From NCBI RefSeq assembly GCF_001194135.2, contig NC_068987.1, forward strand, positions 87,685,536 through 87,719,384: a stretch of 33,849 nt of DNA, given 5' to 3'. Position numbers and translations under genes: made by a program. This document shows, one piece after another, positions 23,015 to 33,849 of this stretch (the stretch's first letter is position 1; the number at the start of each line of letters is the position of its first letter). The DNA comes from Octopus bimaculoides. Lineage: Eukaryota. The notes under the pieces are model-generated. The model was given only the letters and a program-made list of their open reading frames with translations. It was not told where the DNA came from and made no database searches.

Positions 23015-23467
23015 CTGAAAATAGAATTAGATTTATGATGCTAACTCAGATCATCTCAACAAATATTAAATATCAATTAGTAGATTAAATCACACAATAT
23101 TGATTGATTAATGAACAAAAAAAAGCAAAAACAAAGTTAATGAAAGAGACAGAAATCTGTGGCTTTATTATTTTGGTTATTTAATTTAGGAAGTGTCTAA
23201 CAGTTAAACCATGTGATATCTAGCAGATGATTATCAAAGATGGCAATTAATAAAATTAAAATATGAAACAATTGAAAAAGTAACAATCACAAATTGTTTT
23301 CTAGCTATTTTCATTTATGCATCCTGGAAAGATTGTTGTACAATATACAGGAAAGACTAACGAGAGAGATAACTTTGTAAATTAGCAATACGAATCAAAT
23401 AGCTAGATAAGGAGGAATTCATTGAATCAAAGTTTTGATTTACAAAGAGAAAATGTAGGAATAGAAG

Positions 23468-24146
23468 CAGGCATGGCTATGTGGTAAGAAGACTGCTTCC
23501 CAACCATGTGGCATGGCTATGTGGTAAGAAGACTGCTTCCCAACCATGTGGCATGGCTATGTGGTAAGAAGACTGCTTCCCAACCATGTGGTTTTGGTGC
23601 CAGTGCCAATGTGTGGAACCTTGGGAAAGTGTCTTCTAGTATAATCTTGGGCCAATCAAAAACTTGTAAGTGGATATAGTAAATGGAAACTGGAAGAAGC
23701 CCATCGCATGCGTGTGAGTGTGTATGAGTGTGCATGTGTGTGTATGTGTTACTGTCTTCTTGTCTTGACTTTTTGTGACAGTTGTAAATGAGTGTCAATA
23801 TTACCTTAATTGGAAACAGGTGAGGATTGGCAACAAGAAGGACATCCAGCCATATAAAAATATGCCTCAACAAATTTTGTCCAACACATGCCAGCATGGA
23901 AAAGTGGACATTAACCCTTTAGCATTTAAACCGGCCAAAATATTCTGCTTTGTGTTCAAACTGACCAGATCTGGCCTCTCACACCTAACTGACGATGTCA
24001 TTCACATCGTCAAACGATTACATCATCAAAATCTTGAAGTTATAATACAAGATTAATTGAAAACAATGGGATGAATAAACATTGCATTTGATAGAATAAT
24101 CCAAATGCTAAAGGGTTAATGCAATGATGATGATGATGATGATGAT
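23468..24146 (+). mobile_element. A-head/RTE-tail SINE with triplicated 40-bp head and a MITE inserted in its tail
   Basis: gcatggctatgtggtaagaagactgcttcccaaccatgtg x3 at 23471-23590; tail gtggacattaa[MITE]tgcaatgatgatgatg. Confidence 0.85.
23911..24119. mobile_element. piggyBac-like MITE, second family
   Basis: ttaa|ccctttagcattt ... aaatgctaaaggg|ttaa: perfect 13-bp TIR and TTAA duplication. Confidence 0.9.
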
Positions 24147-25194
24147 GTTTGTAAAGTCATTTATTTCCCAAACAAATAAACCAATTATTCCAATTGAACA
24201 TACAATAGCTGGCAATTTCATTTATTGGGGGGGGGGGTTGATTCCTTTCTGGTGGTATATATTCTGTATAAGCTCAACATGGATTAGAAGTTAGTAATCC
24301 ACCATATATGCTGATGTCAATAAACATCTGATTAAATTAATACAAACTCAAGATGCACAAAGCAGACTTATATGATTACGTTTCGTATGTAGAATATATA
24401 GGCAGAAAAGCTTAAGAAAATCATGAAATATAAAATCAGAGCATATAATCCATTTATTTTTAGCAATAAGAACATTAAAGGTCAACTATATTTTCCAAAA
24501 TGTTTTTCGTTAAGGTAGCAAAAAATCCAATCTTTTCACAGAAAAAAATTCACATACTCTCAAATATTTTAGACATATTTTCTTCACTAATAATAATAAT
24601 AATAATAAATTTATATATATATGTATGTATCTCTAATAACTAGACTAAGCAGATATCAAAAACATTTGCCTAACCTACATATATAATTTTCATATAAAGG
24701 AAACAAATATTACATTTTGTAACCACTAAGAATCATCATCATTGTTTAATGTCTACTTTTCCAGAGAATTTTATTGAGGTTAATTTTCTGTGGCTCAATG
24801 TCCTTTGTGTCGACAACGTGTGTGCGTGTTTTCATTTGTCCTCCATTACCAATTGGTTCATTAAGATAACTGCGGTTAGTTTGTTCAACTTAACCTTTCA
24901 AAATGGTGCCCCAGCATGGCCACAGTCCAATGACTGAAACAAGAAAACGATTAAAAAACTAAAAACTAACTTCTGTGCTTTTGTCAAAAGTCAACACTGC
25001 AGGAAGGGCCACAGACTGGCACGGTTGGTAAACCAGTGGAGCCTTTAGGTTCAGATCTTATCAGGGTCAACTTTTACTTTCATTTTTCTGGTGTAGATCA
25101 AATAAATGCACGTCAAAGTGGCTTGGGGCCTCTATTAGAAACCAGTCAGCCAGACATAGTATCATAGTATGGTGCACCCATACAATACATCATC

Positions 25195-25601
25195 TCTTTT
25201 ACTCTTTTATTTGTTTGTCATTTTGACTGTGGCCATGCTGGAGCACTGCCTTTAGTCGAGCAAATTGAGCCCAGGACTTATTCTTTGTAAGCCTAGTACT
25301 TATTCTATCAGTCTCTTTTGCCAAACCGCTAAGTTACGGGGACGTAAACACACCAGCATCGGTTGTCAAGCGATGTTATGGGGACAAACACAGACACACA
25401 AACATACACACACACACACACATATATATACATATATACGACGGGCTTCTTTCAGTTTCCGTCTACCAAATCCACTCACAAAGCTTTGGTCGGCCTGAGA
25501 CTATAGTAGAAGACACTTGCCCAAGGTGCCACGCAGTGAGACTGAACCCGGAACCATGTGGTTGGTAAGCAAGCTACTTACCACACAGCCACTCATACGC
25601 C
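25195..25601 (-). mobile_element. SINE family A, full length
   Basis: Reverse complement of 28607-28980; ends cacacagccactcatacgcc. Confidence 0.93.
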
Positions 25602-27111
25602 TATATGGACATCTACTAAGATAGCTATCAGCTTCAATTATTAACAGCAGCCTGTACGATCATAAGAAATTTCAAGTATGATAATAATATTTATTTGATG
25701 CAGACATTTAAGGCTCAAGGTGAAATTATCCATACATCAGCGAGACACAAAAGAAATTGAGAAAAGTAGAGCAGACATCCATTTAACTTGCCTATCAATG
25801 AAACTAGATGATACTTTACACATATGTTAGGTCATGTTTTGTGTTCAGTGCAAGTCACTTCATGCTACCAAAAGTTCAAATTGAAAGAATGAAGCTATGA
25901 AATATCATTCAAAGTCAGTAGCACTAAGAGAAGTTTTGACACAAACAAAAAAAACATCTAGATAATTACTTTATATATATATATATATATATATATCTAC
26001 TTAAAAGAATATATATTCTTTTATCTTTTACTTGCTTTAGTCATTAGACAGTGGCCATACTGGGGCACCACGCTGAAAGGTTTTAATTTCCCCCGGTACT
26101 TATGTTCAAGCCATATTATTCTATCAATCTCTTTCACATAACAAACTAGCACTGGTTGTTGGGATGGGGAGGGGAAGTTAAACACAAAGACAGACATGCA
26201 GTCAAAAAGAAACAGGCTTCCACACAGTTTCCATCTATCAAATTCACTTACAAGGCATTGTTGACCCAGGGTTATAGAAGAAGATATTTGCTCCAAGTAC
26301 TGCACGTTGAGATTGAACCTGATACAATTTGGTTGCAAAGTGAGCTTCTTAACCAGAAGTAAGGTATATATAACTGTCTAAATGCAAGATAAAAACAATA
26401 TTGATTTGGTAAACCCCAGCTGGATTAAAACAAATTTAGGGTCCTGCAGAGGAATTAGTCTACTCCTAAAACCTATGCATCCTCAACACAGTCCTAATTA
26501 TTCCATATCTTTTAGATTTTACTTGCTTCAGTCATTGGACTGCAGCCATGTAGAGTCTGCCATGGTTTTCCTAATTCAAACTGACCCTTAGTATTTATTC
26601 GATAAGTCTGGTTCTTATTCTATTACCCTTTCTTTTTTTTTCTTTTTTTTTGCCAAACCACTAAGTTACATAGATGTGAACAGATCAAGTAGTACCAGTG
26701 GGGTGGGGNNNNNNNNNNNNNNNNNNNNNNNNNNNNNNNNNNNNNNNNNNNNNNNNNNNNNNNNNNNNNNNNNNNNNNNNNNNNNNNNNNNNNNNNNNNN
26801 NNNNNNNNNNNNNNNNNNNNNNNNNNNNNNNNNNNNNNNNNNNNNNNNNNNNNNNNNNNNNNNNNNNNNNNNNNNNNNNNNNNNNNNNNNNNNNNNNNNN
26901 NNNNNNNNNNNNNNNNNNNNNNNNNNNNGGGGGGGGTGTCGATGTAATCAACTTACCCCCAGCCTCAAAATTGCTCACCTTGTGCCAAAATTTGAAGCTA
27001 GTAATTATAGCTTAACTTAATGTCACATTGGCGGTCATGCATAACATATTTGATAAGATGCTATTAGTTACATACGGCAATTAACCATTATCATCTTTAT
27101 TCTAATTGTTA

Positions 27112-27296
27112 TTCTCTTATTTGTTTCAGTCATCTGACTGCATCCATGCTGGAGCACCATCTTTAGTCAAACAAATTGACCCCAGGATTTATTCTTTGTA
27201 AGCCTAGTACTTATTCTATCGGTCTTTTTTACCAACCTGCTAAGTGACGGGGACATAAACGCACCAACATCGGTTGTCAAGCGATGGTGGGGGGCA

Positions 27297-27335
<39 letters not shown>

Positions 27336-27492
27336 GACAGGCTTCTTTCAGTTTCCGTCTACCTAATCCACGCACAAGGCTTCGGTCAGCCTTGAGGCTT
27401 TAGTAGAAGACACTTGCCAAAGGTGTCACACAGTGGGACTGAACCCAGAACCATGTGGTTAGTAAGCAAGTGTCTTACCATACAGCCACTCC
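27112..27492 (-). mobile_element. SINE family A, full length
   Basis: ttgtttcagtcatctgactg...(ca)n...gtgggactgaacccagaaccatgtgg...cagccactcc. Confidence 0.9.
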
Positions 27493-28606
27493 AAATGTTC
27501 ACTTTTTCATGCTCGTATGGGTTGGACAGAGTTTGAGGGAGACTTTTTGCAGGTGGATGCCCTTCCTGTTGCAAACCTTCACTTGTTTCCAATCAACCTT
27601 CAACTTTTTTTTCCCCTCATGGCCAGCTGTGGTTTCACAGAATGTTGGAAATGCATGGCACCACTTGTATGACAATGACATACACATGCACACCTGTCAC
27701 ATGATGTCAAAACAAGGAGATACAAACACACACACATGCAATGAGCTTCTTTCAGTTTGCATCTACCAAATCCACTCACAAAGCTTTGGTCAGCCAGGAA
27801 AAGACAGTTGCCCAATGTGTCACACAGTGGGACAGAACCCAAATACCAAACTTCTTAACCATACAGCCACGCCGACACCTGTAATTAATCTAATGAAAAT
27901 CTCCTCCTTACGAAAATAAGCCTCGTACTAAAGAAAGAGAAATTGATATTTATAAGCCAGAACAGGACTGCACTAGCCTATAAGCAAAGAGATATATATT
28001 TTGTCTGTTAAATGTTGGTAGCTAAGCAACCAACAAGTTGTTATGGATAAATATAAATGAAAAGTTATAAACAGCAGCTGAACGATGAGAAGCATGATTT
28101 AACAAATATAGTTAAAGCAACAGAATCATAAAAATTTAATTAAGTAAGGATGTTGTAAATCAGACGCAGAGTAAAGTTGACCAATAAATGATTAAGTATT
28201 ATCACGTGTCATTACACATAACAATACATATTACGTTCAATATTGTAGGTTTATTGTTAACCTAACGACAACCAAAAGCTAAGCTATGTCGTTACTGACC
28301 AAATGTTATTGCTAAACGACTGATCAACTTTTTTTTAATACAGGCCCCCACCCCTCCCGATACACACAGAGAATCTCAAGATGATTTATATAAGAAATAG
28401 CGAAGGTGAAATAGATAAAGGATTGGACCACTTAAGTACATATGTCAAGGATCTAAACAAGTTGCAGACATTTCACCGTTCCTGGACACCAGACCTTCAC
28501 TCTACTTATCAATTCACCCAGAGCTAGCAAAACTTGCTTAAGTATTTTGCAACTTTATATAAGCTGACAATAAACAACAATACTTTGGGTTTCTCTACAA
28601 AATTCT

Positions 28607-28980
28607 GCAGGAGTGGCTGTGTGGTAAGTAGCTTGCTTACCAACCACATGGTCCTGGGTTCAGTCCCACTGCGTGGCACCTTCTACTATAGTCTCGAGCT
28701 GATCAAAGCTTTGTGAGCGGATTTGGTAGACGGAAACTGGAAGAAGCCCGTCGTATATATGTATATATATGTGTATGTATGTGTGTGTGTTTGTCCCCCC
28801 AACATCGCTTGACAACCGATGCTGGTGTGTTTACGTCCCTGTAACTTAGTGGTAAGGCAAAAGAGACCAATAGAATAAGTACTAGGCTTACAAAGAATAA
28901 GCTCTGGGGTCGATTTGCTTGACTAAAGGCGGTGCTCCAGCATGGCCGCAGTCAAATGACTGAAAGGAGTAAAAGCGTAA
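28607..28980 (+). mobile_element. SINE family A, near full length
   Basis: gcaggagtggctgtgtggtaagtagcttgc ... catggccgcagtcaaatgactgaaa. Confidence 0.93.
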
Positions 28981-31058
28981 TGTCAAAGGACTACATAAGT
29001 TGTTTTCAACAGAAAATACAAATACATCGGCGGTATTTATAGGTTTATTATTGCATCTACACACAACTGCAGCAGTCCACAAACACATTACTAATCTTGT
29101 TGGTAGTTGAAGCCCCCCCCCCCCCTCATCACCAATTGTCCAGAGTCTTTCCTAAAATTCACCGTCGGACCAAGCATCTTCACAGTTCTGCCAAAGTTCT
29201 CCAATTGCATTTACAATCTAGAGTTTTGTTTTAGGTTTAAATAAGTACTTTTTACCTTTTATCTTCAGTCTCTGGACTGCAGTCATGCTGTAGGTATGTT
29301 GGAGGACTGCTTCGAGGTTAAAAAAAATCTCAAATGAAAGCATATCTTAACTAAATATCTACTTGACTTCCTCTCAAAATGTATTATTCATCTTTCCTAC
29401 ATTCACACCATACATATATAATTCATGAGGCATGAAATTACATTATACAAGACACTATAAAATACCTTTGCCGGATAAACCAGACATAATTGCTACATTG
29501 AGGACACTCAATGTACAGTCCTTTAGCTAATTACAGAATTTGTCTACAACAGCATTCATTATCGAACACCAAATATTTATCACTATGTTGGTGTGGACAG
29601 TAGCAAACTAGTCTAGATATTTTATATTAGAGACTTCCTCGCTGATCTAATTTCATATTCAACACATTAATTTTTAATCTCTCCTTCTAGAGTTCACAAA
29701 ACAAGTACTGGTAAATGCTGAAGTTGATTCAATTTAATATATCTCCTCCCTAACGAAAACTGACCATGTGTCAAGTCAAAAGAATATCTTTTTTTTTTTT
29801 TTAGCAATATAGAATAGCATTTATGGACATTCTCAGCAACCAAATACAGAATTAAGGTGCTGGCTTATTAGCCCATACATGAGTAATAAGTTTAAAATTT
29901 ATCAAATCTATATTTAGGTAAAAACATAAGTAAGCAGATGAATAGCTGTGACCAAAATCTTTCAGCTGAGCAGCGGCAGTTGATGTTAAAAATAGAATTA
30001 GTAGGAGTATATATACATATAAAAAGATTCTAGATAGACTGCTAGTAATCGAAGTGTACCAAATATTGATGAATAAAACAGCACTAGAAGCTTTCAACTG
30101 GCATCAAGTGAAATTGTAAACCAGCACCTAGATATCATTAAGTTCATAGTAATCAGGATAGAAGAGTTATAATGAAGATTACCAAAGACAGACAGAGAAG
30201 ATCCAGTGCAAAATTGTTAATGCTCATTCCATTCTACTTTCTCTTTCTCATTAACGAAGGTATTTTGCTTTCCAATCTAATATGTAGCAAATTCAAAGAA
30301 AAAGACAAAATGGTAATGATGTTGTCAAAGACACGAAAAAAAAAAAAAGACAGGCATGGAAGAGAGTTTTACTAACGTAAGATAAAAGCAAATTGAAAAA
30401 AATGTTATCTTAGTTGCGTGGGGGGGAAAAAGGAATTATATCAGAATCGATATATTATTCATTACTGACTAAAATAAACATTTCCCCGTTTAAAATGAGT
30501 ATTACTACAAACTACATTGATTTTATCTAATTAGAATAATTATTTTAACAAGAAACAACAAAGAGTAGAGTGAACTTGCTGTGGGGAGTGGGAAATCGAA
30601 CATTTTGGACAAAGTCTTCTGTAGGGAAAAGTTGACAAAAGAGAAATCAATGAGAGACAGAAGAGCTTTACATCTGCTAAGTTAGAAAAACTGGCTGCAA
30701 CTGATGAGGAACGCAGGACCATGGAAGCATCATACAGAAACAAGAAGTGGTTGGAGGGAGAGAGAGAGAAACAGGGTGAGAGAGGTAGAATTTTAATTTT
30801 GATTTAATACAGCCACAAATTTCTCAAAACCTCAATGTACAGAGAAACTGTACAAAATTTTTTTTTAATAGTGCTTAGAAACTGGTATGGATGTATGGTA
30901 ACAAGCTTGCTTCCCAACAACAAGGTTCCAGGTTCAGTCCCACTGTGTGGAACCTTGGGCATCTTCTATAGCTTTGAGCTAACCAAAGCCTTATGAGTGG
31001 AATGGATACATGGAAACTGAAAGAAACCTGTCGTGTGTGTGTATGTCAAATGATTAAT

Positions 31059-31287
31059 TTAACCCATTTGATACCAACCTGGCTGAAACCAGCTCTGGTT
31101 CTGTAGTACAAATGTTTTGTTTTCATAAGTTTTGAATTAAAATCTTCCACCAAACCTTAATCACATTTTATGTTCCTAACACTAGCTTAATGACAACTAA
31201 GTAATTTTACTAAATTCTCTGTTATATTGAAAGTAATTGAAAGAAACACAGAGCATCTCAACAGAAATACAGTAACGAAAGGGTTAA
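31059..31287. mobile_element. piggyBac-like MITE, same family as 3263-3487
   Basis: ttaa|cccatttgataccaacctggctgaaac ... gaaaggg|ttaa. Confidence 0.85.
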
Positions 31288-31839
31288 CACACAATATCAT
31301 TGACATTGTAATTAACTTCGAAAGTTATTTAAACTGCATGTTAGGAGTCTTTAGTTAGTCACTAACTTGTTTCCATAACAAAAATACCGACAAAACAGAA
31401 AATAGACTTACATCTAGTCACTGACTATTAGTCTGGACAACTACTCAATCATCACGTTATAAATAATGACTTATTACAGAACAAGCCCCTCTCTTTTTCA
31501 TTCACTCATATGAACATAAGACACATAGATGTTATCCACAGTATACAATACAAGTTTTAACAGGTTTCATGGTCTTTCAATATTATATACTAAAAATAAT
31601 AGATTTCTGAACTGCAGCAATAGTACTGCTGGAAGCTTAAAAAGAAATGTAAGACATAAATTATTACAATCATACAACATTGTCATTACACTACGGGGAT
31701 TCGTAATTATTGTGTGGAACAGGTAAACTGATTCATAATTGAAGACAGGAAAAAACGAAAACTGAATAGCCTCAAAAAATAGTCTGGTTATAAAAACTAT
31801 TGAAGAAAAGTAATGTATTAAAATGTTGGAAACATTTAC

Positions 31840-31861
31840 CTTTTTGGAAGCTCAAGGATTG
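31840..31861 (-). CDS. Candidate 22-nt microexon: (x)ILELPK(S)
   Basis: Acceptor gtttattgttcttaag, donor AAAAAG|gtaaat. The phase 1 to 2 frame is open and joins the 34-nt candidate. Inference only. Confidence 0.4.
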
Positions 31862-32029
31862 CTTAAGAACAATAAACTTAACCTTAAAATTGGATGCTAA
31901 TGATGTCTCAATTTTATTAATTAGTTAAAAAATTAATTAATTAATAAAATACAATAAATTTCCTTTTCTCCAGTACTCAAATAACCAGACCTCTCAAGCA
32001 ACTGGCACCCAGAAAAAATAAATAAACTA

Positions 32030-32455
32030 TCATCAGCAGCATTTAACGTCTGTTTTCCATGCTGGCATGAGTTGGATGGTTTGATAGGGGCTGGCAAAGC
32101 CAGAGGGTTGCACCAGGCTCTATTGTCTGTTTTGGCAAGGTTTTTATGGCTGAATGCCCTTCCTAATGCCAACCACTTTACAGAGTGTGCTGGGTGCTTT
32201 GCCCGCGGTTCCAGTATGGGGTGCTTTTTATGTGGCACCAGCACAGATACTTCTTACGTGGCACCAGTACGAGTGCTTTTTTTATGCGACACCAGCATGG
32301 GTGCCCTTTTTATGCGACACCAGCACTGGTGTTTTTTTTTTATGCAGCACCAGCACGGGTGTTTTTTTCTATGCGGCACCATCATGGGTGCTTTTTTTAT
32401 GCGGCACCAGCACGGGTGCTTTTTACATGGCACCAGCCCAGTTCTTATTGCACGG
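32030..32455 (-). mobile_element. RTE-tailed element with internal ~26-32-bp tandem array (about 32220-32440)
   Basis: catcagcagcatttaacgtctgttttccatgctggcatg...; about 8 units of gcaccagcacgggtgc(t)natgcg. Confidence 0.8.
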
Positions 32456-33632
32456 ATCTTCTTCACTGTCACATTAAGAAAATCAAAACAAAACTTTCAG
32501 TAACAAATCTCTCTTTTATTTGGATTAAAAATTTTGTTTTGATTCTCTTAATTGACAGTCACTTCCTCTCATCTGGTCACAGAAATCTCAAACTTTGAAT
32601 TGGTATTAATCCAACACTAACATTACTTTCCTGTAACCTTTTTTATTTTTAAAATATATAACTTTTGCTTACTTCTTATGATTTATCGTTGACAAGTAGA
32701 CTTAACTAAATTCCAAATAACTGTAAAACACAACAGCCAAGTGAAAACTGAAGGTTTTTGCAATTCTATTAAGACATTCTACTTTAATTCTAGATTACAT
32801 AAAAACAACGAAACCTATATAAGTATATATTTTTGTCCTTTCTTCAAATTCAATCCTAGGATAACTGACATAAATGCATTCTATTATGAGTTATTCAAGA
32901 GTCTATGTGTGAGGCATTGCACTGCAAGGTCATTCCTCTTATTAAAAATAGCAGCTAAATTTCCGTGAAATCAAACCCTGGCTCTTTATCAAATGAATGA
33001 TACATAGGTCTATATGGTTCTAAATATATATATATAAAAGGATGACATGGTCATGGTTGGAAAGCCTCAATTAGGGTTAACAAGAGACTAAATTACTACT
33101 AATACTACTACTCAAGTCAAGAGACAATATTGTGGACCTTTGACTTGTAAGAAACAACTATCCCCAGTACTTTTTTTTTTTAAACTCTGGTACTTATTTT
33201 ATTGGTCTCTATTACCAAACTGCTAAGTCACAGGAATGTAAACAAACCAACACCAGTTGTCAAGCAATTATGGGAGACAAACACACATACCTTATGCATG
33301 TACATGGCTGTGTGTGTGTGTATGTATACGCACGCATGCAATGGGCTTCCACACAGTTTCTGTGTACCAAATTCACTCATAAGGCATTGTTGGCCTGGGT
33401 CTATAATAGAGGCCACTTGTGGCATGCACTGGGACTGAACACAAAACCATGTGGTTGCAAAACAAGCTTGTTAACCAGACAANNNNNNNNNNNNNNNNNN
33501 NNNNNNNNNNNNNNNNNNNNNNNNNNNNNNNNNNNNNNNNNNNNNNNNNNNNNNNNNNNNNNNNNNNNNNNNNNNNNNNNNNTACATACATACATACATA
33601 CATACATACATACATACACATACATATATATA

Positions 33633-33849
33633 GGGCAGTGAGCTGGTAAAAACGTTAGCACGCTGGCCGAAATGCTTAGCAGTATTTTATCTGGCATTAT
33701 GTTCTGAGTTCAAATTCCGCTGAGGTCGACAATGCCTTTCATCTTTTCAGGATCGATTAAATAAGTACCAGTTATGCACTGGGGTCGATGTAATCGACTT
33801 AATCTCTTTGTCTGTCCTTGTTTATGCCATCTATGTTTAGCCCCCTGTG
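33633..33849 (+). mobile_element. SINE family B, cut by the window end
   Basis: gggcagtgagctggtaaaaacgttagc head, gagttcaaattcc B-box-like motif, core gaggtcgacaatgcctttcatc. Confidence 0.9.

Noticed and set aside
30625-30775. Plus-strand exon-like open frame GKVDKREINERQK… with AG/GT ends
   Set aside because: The acceptor tract is weak and it is antisense to the gene. The preceding HFGQSLL*GKVD is better read as a decayed LINE ORF C-terminus or GA-rich noise.
32673-32720. 48-nt minus-strand segment with strong acceptor and gtaagc donor
   Set aside because: It has stops in all three frames. It could be a UTR or poison exon, but cannot be told from chance without RNA data.
5327-33697. Long ORFs containing X runs
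   Set aside because: Artefacts of translating N gaps.

Overview
AT-rich animal genomic DNA with five assembly gaps and no bacterial-type system, CRISPR array or RNA gene. The repeat content suggests an octopod cephalopod (inference, not verified by search). The window is mostly intron of one minus-strand gene. Exons at 8218-8143, 6741-6669, 3103-3003 and 1980-1862 have canonical splice sites and matching phases, and encode a complete PH domain resembling the PLEKHA5/6/7 (Drosophila kramer) family. A 44-nt exon at 9126-9083 joins it in frame. Further candidate microexons lie at 23014-22981, 27927-27912 and 31861-31840. The gene runs off both ends of the window. The introns hold many copies of several tRNA-headed SINE families, an RTE-LINE 3' fragment, a dead mariner nested in a hAT-like MITE, piggyBac-like and hAT-like MITEs, and SINE-seeded mini- and microsatellites. 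I found no convincing novel system. The best leads are the frame-coupled microexons, inverted SINE pairs as possible RNA-editing substrates, and modular SINE tail swapping. Nearly all listed six-frame ORFs are repeat-derived noise.
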